Shown here piece after piece: positions 50,641 to 63,300 of a DNA stretch of 64,000 bases. Numbering within the stretch: position 1 is the stretch's first letter; each line of letters starts with the position of its first letter. The notes below the pieces were generated by a model. That model ran no database searches. It was not told the origin of the DNA and was given only the letters and a program-made list of their open reading frames with translations. Position numbers and translations under genes: made by a program. The stretch is from Vicugna vicugna (Eukaryota): the NCBI GenBank assembly GCA_013265495.1, contig MU057781.1, positions 374,001 to 438,000 of the forward strand. Reading direction: 5' to 3'.

Positions 50641-53600
50641 CCGTGGGACATCTAGGCTGGCAGGACCCAGTGACCCCCGTGTGGGGCCCCATTCTGCCCA
50701 CCTGCTAAGCAGGGGGACGCTCATCCGCTCGCAGTCTTGCTCTAAGTCCTGTCTCCTGACACCATGCTGCCTCCAGCACCTGCGGGAGGGACCCTGCCTC
50801 AGGGGCTGGGGCAGGGGGATGCCCACGCTGCATCACAGCCAGGTGGACGGTGCACAGGACGGCCCCCCACAGAATCCTCTGTCCCGAGATGTCCTGCAGG
50901 GTTGATGCTGAGAAACACCGCTCTGCCTGGAAGCCCAGAAGAATTGCTGCTCCTACTTCCCTTAGAAACACTCATGTGCATTTCGCTTGAAGGCAAAGTG
51001 TTTCTGTTAACCCCGAGGAATGTCCGCTGAGTGCACACGCACACACACGCCTGCACACACAGACTTTCACTTCGGTACAGACGTGGCTCTCTCCACATCC
51101 GACCCTGCTCCCCGCGTGTTTCGGCCCCTGAACCTGTTGGGCGGGCAGGCTCCTTCCCCCGATCCACCACATCCACCCACTCGGCTTCGTGCCACCCCGG
51201 ACATGACCCCAGCTCCATCCGGGCAGCACTTTGGGGCAGGCACCAGTGTCACACAGAGCCTCCCCCCAGGAGGACAAGCGAGCTCAACTGTCACATCTGA
51301 GATGTAATTCAAAGAAGATTAAAACAGAAGGAAAGACAGCCAGCCACGCTGGGCTCCGGCCGGGAAGCACCGCCCTCCTGGTTTTCTGAGGGAGCTCGCA
51401 CGTGTGACCCAGACGTCCAACCCTGTGCGTCGGGGGATTTAAAGTTACAAAGCTTACTGGGGGTTTGAGAGAAGGTCCAGGAGCACCTCCAGAACCAAGG
51501 AGCCTAGGCTTCCGGCAGAAGCAGTGAATGGGGCGGGTGCGGGGTGCAGCGTAGTTAAACCAGCTTTCTGCCGATGAAACGTGAATATTTGAATAACTTC
51601 CCTTGAGAAAATGTTGCCATCTCCTCTTTAGGTTCAGGGTCAGTGGGTTCTGTCCTGGGGATGGTTGGGCTGGAGGAGCCTGGCTGTGGCTGTTTATTCC
51701 TGCCCCCACCCCGCCCCACCCAACCCCCCGCCTCCCCGCACCTCTGCCAGGTGCGTTAGAAACAAAGTGAACTGGGGTCAGGCTCAAAGGTGCTCCAAAC
51801 GCCACATGGAGCTCTGGTTTGTTTTCACTTGAGTGACAAGGAAATGAGGCCATGTTTGCAGTTCAATTTGCTTTAAAATAGCACGCTTCCATCACTCAGA
51901 GGAGGGAGGACACACGTGCCCCTCCCCGGACCACAGTGCCCCCACCTGCCCCAGGGGCCCCCGCAGCAGCCCCACACCCACAGCCAGACACTTGCGGGCC
52001 GGCGGCCTGGTCAACGGCTGGAGACCGGAGGTGGAGGGGGCGGGGGTTTCCCCAGGAGGGGACACAGCCACACCCCAGCCTCCCTGCCCCCGCTGCCTCA
52101 GTGCGGGGGCTGTGGGAAGGCAGGGCCTGGGAGACAGAAGGCACCTCTCAGGCCCCACGGGTGAGCACACAGGTGCGCGCCCAGCCCCAGTCCAGGCAGG
52201 AGGCGGGGCAGGTGCCACAAACACTCACAGTGGCTGTGCTAACCCTTCAGTTAAAGGCAGGTGCCCCCCAAGCCCCAGCGCTCACCACCCAGGCCCTGGC
52301 GGCCTCTCCACCCCCTCCTCACCGGGGCCCTCTCCAGGGACACGCAGGGCAGGACATGGCACAGACAGCGATGTTCCCGGGAGCAGCCCTCGGCTGTCAG
52401 CGGGTGGGAAAGGGGGACCAGTCCACAGCCCCTTCCCTCCACGGGCCTTTGGGGATGCCCTCTGCCCTCAACGCCCGCGCCATTGAGCTCAGCCCCCCAG
52501 TGCCCGCTCATCTTACTAGCTCCCTGCTGGTCCGCCTCACCTCCCAGCCAGGTGCTCCCGAGACCCCCTCCCCGGCAAACACACCCCTGCTCTGGGGGCT
52601 GCTTGCGGGCAGCAAGGCCATGGCACCCCGGGGGGGCGCCTGGCGGAAGAGGACCCACCCCATCGTTGCCGGCTTGAGGGCAGTGTCCGCCCCTGAAGTA
52701 GCTGTGGGGCTGGATGCCATATAAACCCCGCGTCCGGCCCTCCAGCCCAGAGCCTGCGTGAGCAGAGAGGGGTTTAAACGCCTTTCAAAGGTATTTAAAA
52801 TCACCACCTTCACAGAACCAAAGAGGGGAGGCTGCACCGTACAGCGGGCAGGACGGGTAGGCTCTGCCGGGGCCCGCCAGCGCGGCCAGCACTCAGAAAC
52901 ACGAGGGCGTGGGGCTTGTGTGGCGTCCTTACCACCATGCAGGGAAATTCTTCAAAAGAGAATACAAGGAAGAAATGCAAAATGTAATACTACCCTGTTT
53001 AAAAATGGGTGAGGAGGAAGGAAGGGAACCCGTGCCATCTCCTGGGTGCGTCATCGGGAGGAGGCCACACCTGCAGCGGGTGGAGGGCGGCGCTGGAAGA
53101 GCATGGCCCCCCAGGGGACAGACGTGCAGCTAGGGTGGTGGCCTGTCTGCAGCACAGAGTTCTGATCCGGGAGTGAGCTGCCTCCTCCTGGCCGTGCAGA
53201 TGGGGTAAGAGCGAGGGTTCGGGACAACGAGACAGGGCGGCAGGTAGGAGGAGAGAGAGCACCCCGGAGGGAGGCTGGTGGTCCCTGGGCAGAGCGCGGC
53301 CAGGACCCCGTGAGCAAACCGCGGACCCTCCTCCAAAGACCCAGCTGCCTGTCCTCTCGCACACGGTCGGGTTGGCTCCTGGATGACCGCTGACACGGGG
53401 CAGGGCAGCCCCTCTGCTCAGCGGTTAAGCGAGCGCCCCCGCAGCATCACTTTAAGGACGGCAGCCCCGGAAAAGGGTGTTTTCTGCAGGAAGGCTTTTC
53501 TGAGATTTCGGCGCTCGGATTTCCTTCAGGACCGTCACATGCGCCATTTTAGGATTATCGGTTTGGTGCCATCGTTCATACCATTTGGGCTGTAACTACA

Positions 53601-55151
53601 AAGCAAAACAGAGAAGGAAATTCGTGACAGGACTTGCAGGAGACTAAAACTAGCAGGAGCACACACACCCGCTCCGTCTGCGGCAGAGACGAGAGCCCGG
53701 CTGATAGCATTTCCTCTGCGTCTTATTTACTCATTTGTCTCAAAAGCGAAGTCATAAACACACAAAATAGCTGGCATCATGCCCTTAGAGGGAGGGAGAC
53801 TCACCACCGGAGCAGAGACCCCCACCGCACACCTGCCCGCGGGAGTGGCGGGGCCGGAGCGAGAGCGCACCTACCTGCTGCTCAGGAGGCTCCATTCCAG
53901 GGGGCAGGTCTCTCCATCTGGGGCACGTGAGGGCGGGGCAGCCACAGGCCCCCCAGCCCTGACCCCCTCTGATCCTGCGACAGCCACTCCAGCCACAGAC
54001 TCCGCGGGTAGGACCTGAGGGAGGACCGGACGGGGCGGGGGAGGGTGGGGGACGAACAGGACCCCAGACGAGCGGGGCTTTTACCCAGCGTGCTGGAGCG
54101 GCGAGCCTCACTGCCACCGGAGTTTGGCAGAGACCCAAAGGCGGACAGAGGAGTGGGGGACTCCCTGCTCCTAGCAGGCCGCCTTTCCTGCGTCGGGCAC
54201 AAGTGGATTCCAACTGTGGACACGTGGCTGCAGGGGACATGGGAAGGGCTGCTGTCAGACAGTGGAGAGAAGCTGGCCATCCCCAAGGGGCAGACAGCTG
54301 CGCCCGCGGTCCCGTCCCAGCCCCTCTCCTGGAGCTGGGAAGCCAGTCCGGGCGAGAGCGTCCAAGGCACCACGGCCGCCCGGCCCAGCCCTGGGAGCCT
54401 GGGCCAGCTGCCGGGTGACCAGCTCCATCTGGGGGAGGGTGAGCTCTCCAGGGTCCTCGCTGGCCAGCAAAGCCCCCTGTGGGTCTGCTGCAGGCGCCCT
54501 GGTTTGAACCTGGCGTTCCCACTTGTTTTCTTCCCCGGCCGCTCATCCAGACCAACCCCAGGAGACCGGCCTCTGCCCCTCGGAGAAACGAGTCTGCTGT
54601 GCCGTTCTCATCCGAGGACTCAGGAAGGTCTGCCTGGGGACAAGACAGCACCGTTGCTCCCTGTCTCTTGGGTCTGCCAAGCCAGCACGCCCTGTGTTTA
54701 CTTTTCATCCGTCACAGCAGGACGCCAGCACAGCTATTTCTAGAACTGGAAACGGCAGCTGCCCCTTTTCAAAATGGTCGGCGCACCCACCCATTCTCCC
54801 TGTGTGGAGAAAACGCATCTTGATCGACAAAAAATTTTGTCAAGATTCCCATCAAATAGGAAACACCACAGTCTTTTCTCAGCGCTCACCCTGCTCAGCT
54901 TTTGGACAGAATGGTAATGTTCACATCTTCCTTTCTTCCCAAAACCTCCTGAACTTGGTGTCCCTGTGCCCACCTGGGCCTCCTCCAGACATCAGTTCCT
55001 TGTCCTCCTCCCGAGGCCAGAATCAGGCGAACGGCCCTCGGACAGTGACGGTGTGCGTGTACCGGGCGGAGCAGGAGAGGACAGGAGTGCTCCACGGAGG
55101 CAGCTTCTGAGGACTTCAGCTCCTCGCTGTGTGCATCGTTCCCTTGGTGTC

Positions 55152-55620
55152 TGTTCTAGTCGGGGTTCTCAGAGAAGCCGAGCCGACAGGAGACATGGAG
55201 GGAATCTGTCATAAGGAATTGGCTCATGCGATTACGGAGGCTGAAGAGCCCCAGGATCTGTGGTTGCCAAGCTCTGAGGGCAGCTCCGGTCCAAAGCAGG
55301 CAGGCTCACAACCCAGGAAGAGCCCCTGCTTCCGCTCCAGTCCTACTGCAGGAGAGAACAGCATCCCAGCACAAGGCCGGCAGGCAGGCAGGAGAAAACT
55401 CCGTCTTACTCGTGGGAGGGTCAGCCTTTTCGTTCTATTCAGGCCCTCAACTGATTGGACAAGGCCCACCATGGGGAGGGCCACCTGCTTTACTCCATCT
55501 ACAGATTCAAAGGTCAGTCTCACCCAGAATCACCCTCATACACGCTCCCAGGAAAATGCTTGACCACCTGTCAGGGCTCCGGTGGCCCAGTCACATTGAC
55601 ACAGGAGATTCACCCTCACA
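55152..55620 (-). mobile_element. ERVL solo LTR (MLT2B/C-like) with perfect 5-bp TSD
   Basis: TG...CA termini; aaggaattggctcatgcgattacggaggctga and ttctattcaggccctcaactgattggacaaggcccacc; flanked by GTGTC at 55147-55151 and 55621-55625. Confidence 0.93.
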
Positions 55621-55962
55621 GTGTCCCATCTTAGGGTAATCAGCGCAAGCTTCTAGATTGTCCACAGCCGCCCGCTCTGGCCCGACCTCCTTCAGGCTGT
55701 GACAGATTCAAGAAATAAACTTTGTGTCTTGAGCCCCCTAGAGTCTGCCGCTTCATCCGTCTGACTGATGAAGTAGCCTGTGTCCTCCACAGGACCCAGC
55801 TGCCTCTGGCCCCAATGTGGCTACCTCCAGACCCCCTCACCTGGGCGGCCCTGCTTCCACAGGCAGGTTGGATGACTCCTGCCTGGTTGTTGGGGGACCT
55901 CCTTCAACTGCAGCAGTGAAGGAGCACCCCCCCACTCCCGCCAGCCTCGCCGGTGCGGTCCT

Positions 55963-56062
55963 CTCTGGGCGGGGCCTCGGTCAGGCCGTGCCCTCCACGG
56001 GGGCATGGCCTCAGCCTGGGCAGGGGCTCGGTCTGGGCAGGGCCTCAGTCTGGGCGAGGCCC
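55963..56062. repeat. Short 17-bp tandem repeat
   Basis: gcctgggcaggggctcg / gtctgggcagggcctca / gtctgggcgaggccc, plus an upstream copy ctctgggcggggcctcg. Confidence 0.55.
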
Positions 56063-58299
56063 GCTGCTCCTCCAGGCTGGACCCTCGCCATCACCCCTGG
56101 CTGTCCCGCAAGCACCCAGTGAACTGGTCCCCTGGGGTCCACTCAGCACCAGTTCCTCCAATTCGCTGGGTGAGGCTCTGGGCCGGCCCACTCCCCATGT
56201 GCTCCACGTGTAAATTGTTCTGTTCTCACAGACGCTCAAGGACACGATCTCCACGCGAACCCATTTACAGAAACAGCACCTGAGCCCTGGAGAGACTGGG
56301 CCGTGTCATACCCCGCGTGCGCGTGGCCCTGCATCCTGCCCCAGTTTCCTCATCGCTCTGCTGTCCTGACTCCACCGTGGCCCCGGCTGGACCAGCTTCC
56401 CGAAGTGTCACTCCCCCCACACTCTGCTCTGCTCCTTTCCTGTGGCACCTCCCATCCCACGGAATTCGGCAGAGATCACGCCCAAGACCACAGAGAAGGG
56501 GGCTGATAACTGAAGTCGCTGGTTCCTGCTGGCCACTGTTCAAAACGAATGTTGGCATGAACAAGGCTACAACCTAATATCTGTTGACGACTTATCTCGT
56601 TTAGTCCTCTCAACAGCCCACGAGGCAGGCACTCTTACGACTGCCGTTTAATAGAGTAAAGAAAAAACAAGATGCAGAAGTAACTGCCCCGAAGCCACCG
56701 GCTAACCAGGGGCAGGAGCAGCTCCAGCGGGCGGGTGCGCCTCCAGGGCACCACGTGCTGGCTCCCGGGTGGCTGCGTGGGAGTGTCAGCAAGAGAGCGA
56801 GCCCCTGTGACCCCCGGAGACACCGCCGTGGTCCCTGCTCCGCGCCCGCCCTGCCACGTCCACGGCCCGCGGCTCCGGTGGCCGCGGCTCCTCGGCCCGC
56901 TCAGCGGTCGGGCAAGGGGTTACCAGCCCCTCTTACGTGGGATCTCCATTTCCCAAAGGTCACCGACCATGAGCCCCTTCCCTCTCCCCAGAGGGCTCAC
57001 AGCTAAGGATAAACTCTGAGCAAGAGGCGCTTCATTTAGAAGGAGCTGTCCGTCTCCACGGCTCTGCTGGGACCCGCCGGAGCCCGGCCCACCCCGCTCC
57101 AGGCCGCTCTGCCCGCCGGCGGGCTTCCGTGTTTACACTGAATTTCAGTCACAAACCTTTATCCAGCTCCTCCTGCCTACGAGGTCCCCAGTGGGGACTA
57201 ATGGCTACGTATGTGCACTTGACAAGGAAGCCTGTCTGTAAGTGGCAGTAAATGTGGCTTTTAAGGCCAAAGTTTCAATGCTTTAAGAACTCAGTGCTTC
57301 AATGCATTAAGTGTGTCCTTTCAAAAGAATAAGATTGTTTCCCATCTGAAAACTGGCCGACTTGCATGTATCTGAGTGTCTCAGATAACCAATCATAAAG
57401 CAGCTGGTTATCTACAAGGTGACTCTGTAACCTCTGTTCTGAGGGTCTTGGTGGTCCCGGTTGCGCCCTCGTCTGCCAGGAACGTGGTGATCTGGGAGCA
57501 ACAAAACCCACGTGGCCCTCGGGGACGGGGCTCCACTTCGTCCTGGGCCCTGCCCAAAAGCTCTGGCCAATTCAGTGGAAAAAACCGGCCAGGCCCACAG
57601 CTGACGGAAGTGACATGCATCAGTGGCACTGCACGGGTCACAGTTTACTAACTCGATTCTCTTTTTCTCAAGTTTATTCACCACTCAAGAGACCACATTG
57701 GTCATTAAATGTGCTGCCAGCAGGGGTCACATGTTCCAAAAAGTGATGTTTACGCCCTTGACGGCTGCTGGCAGAATCAAGGAACACACACTCTTCTCAT
57801 TTATTTAGAGGAAAATAGTAAAATGTGTGAATTTATTCGATGCTAACTCTTCCAGCAAGAAGTATAATCTAAGATTGTTGGTCAGGCGCACTTTTGAGAA
57901 TCCAATAAAATCTGGGAGTTTCTCCAAGGGAAACATACACATATGTGCCTTCAAAAACGTTCTCACGTGACTTGGAAGGAGCATGATGCAGAATGAAAAA
58001 TACTTGTGTTAAAGAAAATATCTAGAAATTGATCTCACCAGAAAACTGCAGATCCTTTCAATTTTGCCCTTTGCCCTGATGACAACAACAAAAAAAAAAC
58101 TGGTAGTTTTGATCCCCTGTGAGTTTTCTAAGTCACACCAAATGCATCTTTATTCTACTCTGTTGTTAATAAGTAACAGTATACATTCTGGAGAAACAGA
58201 TATATATGCAGAGAGTGAGAATAAATAAACACGTAAGTGTTTGTATGTTGTGTGTACTTATCCAGGTAAAAACGTGTTTTATATAGTTACTGAGCACAA

Positions 58300-58565
58300 C
58301 AGTTAATTGAATTCCATGCAGTGGTTACTGACCTCATGGTGGACTGGGTCACCAGGCAGGGGCAGGATGCTCAGAGAACTGCAGTCCAGTTTCTGTCCAC
58401 AAGAGACGCACAGCCTGGCGAGGAAAAGGGACATGTATGTGACGACTATAATGCAATGTGATGAGTGTTTATGTAAAAACGGCTGGGGGAGCGGAAGACG
58501 GAATCATTCTGTCTGTTTGGAAGAGGCAGAAATGAGGAAAAGAGAGGAAAGTTTCCACGGAAGCT
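58300..58565 (-). mobile_element. LINE-2 relic
   Basis: ctgtccacaagagacgcacagcctggcg...actataatgcaatgtgatgagtg resembles the L2 3' region. Confidence 0.5.
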
Positions 58566-58669
58566 GGAGAAAGAGGAGGCGGGGACCCCGTCCGGGGTGA
58601 GGGGCCGTCGTTCCGAGCAGAGGGACTGCACCAGGGAAACCTCGGTGGCACCTGAGTCCTTTGCGGCCT

Positions 58670-58910
58670 GAGCAAGTGGCAGAGGTGGGGGAAGGGGCGG
58701 GGGCGAACGGGCGAAGGGGACTGAGCGGTACAGACTACCAGCCATAAACTGAAGCAGTCACAGGGATGCGATGCACAGCACAGAGGGCGCAGTCAACGCT
58801 ATAGTAACTCTGGTGTGTAACGTACAAAAATTTCAAATCACTGTGTCGAACACCGAAAACATACACTAACTATACTTCAATTAAAAAAAATAGCTGATCT
58901 AAAAAAAAGA
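58670..58910 (+). mobile_element. L1 3' terminus
   Basis: ggtacagactaccagccataaa...gtcacagggatgcgatgcacagcacagag...aaatcactgtgtcgaacaccgaaaac...aactatacttcaattaaaaaaaa. Confidence 0.85.
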
Positions 58911-59199
58911 CTGAACCGCCTTGCCCATCTCACCACCTGGTATCATTAGACTCCTAGGAGCATCCCAGTTTTTCTACTTTTAAAATGCTGTGATTAATAT
59001 CATTTTTTACAATTTTCCAAACAAGTCTACGTGGGAAGAGTGTTCACAGGCACAAGCACAGCATCCCTTGTCCTACGACAATTTATCCCAGAAAACGGCC
59101 GTCACGCTGGCTGTGGAACTGCTCACAGCCCAGAGGTGAAGTCCCGTAAAGGGACACCGGGCAGTCCTGGAGGGGGGAAAGCCCCTTGAAGTAGCTCGC

Positions 59200-59620
59200 A
59201 AGTATTCAGATCCAGGCAATTTCACAATCAAATAAAATTTAATTCTTCATTCATATGATAAAAGTGTTATATCAGATTTCTCATTTCTTGGAAAATCAGA
59301 CAGAACTTAATAACAAATACCATGATGATCTGCAAAGACCGGGCCGTGATTAAATTGTCAGGAGGCAGTCCCTCCTAAAACTGTTTCTTTAATTAGCTAA
59401 TGCCGCAGTGTATTTGAATGTTTCCAAAGCTATTTGCATACACTCACAATAGGCTACCCAGACATTAGCTGAAATGTAATTTTTCTAATATTATATCAGA
59501 AATACTTTTAAGATTAAATTACATCTTCATGTTTTCTCTATGATTATTAGACAGTCTTGATTTATTACCGTAAAGTCTCTAATTTAGAAACTGAGAATGC
59601 TTCTCGTTTTCCTTGAAGAG
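59200..59620. promoter_or_regulatory. Candidate developmental enhancer (AT-rich, non-repeat)
   Basis: POU octamer ATTTGCAT at 59432, PBX-HOX TGATTTAT at 59558, TAATTA, MEIS-type TGTCA. Conservation not verified. Confidence 0.4.
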
Positions 59621-61789
59621 ACCTTTCAATTCCAGTCACAAATAGAGGGAGGTTCCCTTGGAAGCCAAGACCTGCTCGGTGGAATGTGGTTCTGGGCAAC
59701 CTTGGGCCCCAACTGCTCACAGTGATGGGAAGAAAGTCCGCCCAGAGGTGCCGCTGGCGGCCCCTGCTCCTCGGACGGTCAGAGCAGGAGCAGGGGCGGC
59801 CCTGGGGAACCTAGAGGAGGGTGAGGACAGATGGCGCTGGGCTCCCACCTGGGGAAGAGGACCTGCTGGCCAGGATGGAACCGCAGCTGACCAGTCTTCC
59901 AAGTCTGCCTGGGACAAGCACACGGACCTGCCCAGAGCAGAGCCCACGCTCACACTCGCATTAGGACAACACATAGGTTTCATGCAGGCACCAGCCACGA
60001 GGTGCGGGAGGCCACATAACTCAGCAGGGCAGGGCCCGCATCACCACAGGAGGGCGCCACCAAGCCAGGGGCCAGTCAGCTCCAGAGGGCCCGGGGGGAG
60101 TTGGGGCATGGATCCCACCCTCGAGCCCTTCCCCCGCCCCTCCTGGGTCCTCCAGCCAGACAGCGACGGGCCACAGGTGCCGCCTGCACGGGTGAGCATC
60201 CAGGCCTCAGGGTAGTGACCCATGAGGCCCACGGAGCGCGGGATGCAGCAGTAACTGCATCCCCGCGGGGAGACGAGGAGGCTCCACCTGGGGAGGCCCA
60301 CGCGCAGGTACCTGATGCAGCGGGCGCGCTCCCACGGCACCAGCCGCCAGCACACGGGAGGACTTCCATTTACCTTCGGGAGCAAAACAGAAGCTTCCAC
60401 AGGAGCGGGGCACTGGGGCTGCTGCAGGGAGCGCTTAGAGCGGCAGCCGCACAGGCACCTCGCGGGGCCGAGCTGGGCCGGGACTGGATGCTGAGCGAGG
60501 CCGGGCCCCCGCAGGGAGGCTGTGTCAATGGGTGAGGGACACGCGAGGATGTGAGGAGGGGCAGGCAGCGTGCGAAGGGGCCCAACCTGCTGTGCTGGGT
60601 CCTGGGGACCTGTGGGGGCGGGGGATGACAGCAGGAAGACGTGAGGGATTTCCTGAAAGCTGCCTCCCACCCCCAGAGGCGGGGCTCAGCAAGGCTGTGC
60701 GCTGCAGGCCACGCAGGATGGACACGGGCTCAGTTCTGTGCCTTTACCTGCTGGACTCCTGGGACCAAGAGGGCAGGCGGTGAAGTCCACCTCCCGGCCC
60801 TCGCAGAGGCCTAGTGAGGAAGCACTTATGTTTAACCTCCTCGTCTGACAGCGCCTTCACGTGGCTCTTGGATGCCATCTGTGGACCAGCAGCCCCTGAC
60901 ATGGCGCGGTGGCTGCTGGGACCTTCACCCCAGAGCCCAGGAGAAGCCTGCCCCACAGGAAGGACTGGACACCATGTCCCAAGAGGCCTTCCCTGCAGAG
61001 GACTCTGAGGACCATTCCCGTCTCCTCTTCCAGACAAACCACACGGCAGCCTCGTGGCCTGCGGCTCCTCGGTGGACAGGAACAATTTCCGTGGCTTTGC
61101 CGACACCTCACAAAGCCTTTGCAGGTGCTCGTGGCCCTGTGGAAGCCCCAGTTGTGGCTCACGTCTGTGTCCAGCTCAGAGCTTCACTGTCCCAGGGCAT
61201 CCCTTTCCTGTGGGAGGACATGGCTGAGCCCAGAGCCCAGCAGACAGGAGGCAGAGCAGCCTTGCAGGATGCAGCGGCTGGCGGCCTGTAGGTCCCCCAG
61301 CCACGCGGTCCTCTGGAGTCTCTTAGAAGCAGACACGTCCCCAGCAGTCTACCAGCTCAAAGCAAAAATGTGTGCCCAACAAGACGCTTTCCTCTCCCTA
61401 AAGACTGAAAAGTATTTTAGGAATTAAAATGCAGTAAATTCAAATTACAGCCTATCGGCAAATTATGATACTAAAAAGGAAATGTAATATTCATACTCAG
61501 CTTGTCATCTTAATTAATTTGTCTGTATTATTTCAGGAGTTCTAAAAAAAACAGAGTTGTCATCAAACGAAAACAGCAGTGTAAATAAAGCAATTCAATT
61601 AATTCACTATTCCTCTAGGCAGATTCATGGGAAGAAAAACTTTCCAATGGAAGAAAAAGTGGGTTAGACAAAACACTCCCAGGGAGATGTTTGAGAACCA
61701 TCGCTTAAAAATGTGTGACTTTTTAAAGTTACACACCGTATTATCCAATCTGAAATTTTATCAGCATTTTTTTCCGGGATGATCGTACT

Positions 61790-63300
61790 GATAAACTTTA
61801 TTGTTTAGAGCAATTCGTCACAGCGAACTTGAGTGGAAGGGACATAAATTTCCTGTATCGACCCCCTCCCCCCAACACATGCACAGCCTCCTCCACCATC
61901 AAACCCCCACCAGAATGGTACCTTAGTTACAACTGGTGTATCTACACTGACAGGTCATAACCACCCCAAATCCACAGTTTACGTAAGGTTGACTCGGTGT
62001 GGTACATTCTGTGAGTAATGACACATACCCATCGTTACAGATCCCCGCAGAGCATTACCACTGCCAGGAGAGCCCCCTGAGCTCTGTCCGTCTCCTCCTG
62101 CACCCTGGCAGCCTCTGATGGCCTTCCTGCCTCCAGAGCTTCGCCTTTTCCAGGATGTCATATAGATGGAATTGTACCTAAGCAGTCTTTTCCGATTGGT
62201 CTCTTTCCCTTAGCAATATGAATTTAGATTTCTCCATATCTTTTCGTGGCTTGGCAGCCACTTATTTGTAACATTGAATATATTCCATTGAATATTATTA
62301 GTATTATTAATCCATTTATCACTGTACCTAAGGTCATTTAGGTTTTCTCTTATGCTGTCTTCTAGGAGTTTCAGAGTTTTGCATTTTGCATTTGTGCCTA
62401 TGATCCATTTTGAGTCAATTTTTGTGACAGGTATACAGTCTGGGTCTACCGTATGCTGAAAAGGCTGTCTTTGCACTATTGTCTTGCCCTTTCTCCTTTG
62501 TCAAAGATCCATCCACTCTATTTATGGGGGCCTATTTCTGGACTCTCTCTTCTGTTCCGCTGATTCATTTGTCCATCCTTTTGCCAACACCACACTGTCT
62601 TGATTACTTTAGCTGTGGCTGTATAGTAAGTCTTGAAGAGTTGAGTAGTTTCGGTCCTGCCGCTTTGTTCATCTGCAGGGTTGTGGTGGCTATTCTAATT
62701 GTTGTGCTTCTGCACATAAACTTCAGAATCAGTTTGTTGATATCTACAAAATGACTTGCTGGAATTGTCAATGGGGTTGCACTCATTCTACAGATCACTT
62801 TGGGAAGAACTGACATCATATCAATATTAAGTCTTCCTATTCATGAACATGGGATATCTCTCCATTTATTTAGTTCTTCCATGACACCTTTCATCTCAGT
62901 TTTGTAGTTTCCCTCATGTACATCTTGTGCATATTTGGTTAAATTTATACCAAAGTATTTCATTTGAGAGGATGCTAATGTAAATGATTATGTATTTTTA
63001 ATTTCAAATTCCATTTGGTCATTGACGGTAGACAGAAAAGTGACTGATTTTTGCACGTTAACTTTGTATCCTGAAACCTTGCTACAACTGCTTATTAGTT
63101 TTGAGAGTTGTGCTTTTTTTTGTTTTCAGCTTTTTCAGATTTTCTATGCAGACAATCATCTCATCTACAGACAAAGACAGTTTCATTTCTTCCTTCCCAA
63201 TCTGTATACGTTTATTTCCTTTTCTTGTCTTATTGCATTAGCCAGGACTTCCAATACAATATTGAAAAGCAGTGGCCAGAGGGAACATCTTTGCCTTAGT
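61790..63300 (-). mobile_element. L1MC-like LINE-1: 3'UTR plus ORF2 fragment
   Basis: Antisense ORF 62604-62819 MSVLPKVICRMSATPLTIPASHFVDINKLILKF is L1 ORF2, as is TLKLLEDSIRENLNDL (62210-62476). The 3'UTR contains ccccaccagaatggtaccttagttacaac...ccaaatccacagtttac. Confidence 0.9.

Noticed and set aside
52715..52730. TATA-like catataaa
   Set aside because: No downstream exon or ORF support; a single short motif is uninformative.
30000..61000. Many 150-300 aa Pro/Gly/Arg/Ala-rich ORFs (e.g. 31079-31807, 45548-46342, 51936-52724, 53785-54708)
   Set aside because: They overlap in multiple frames and strands, many lack an ATG start and none has a recognisable domain. This is expected in GC-rich non-coding DNA.
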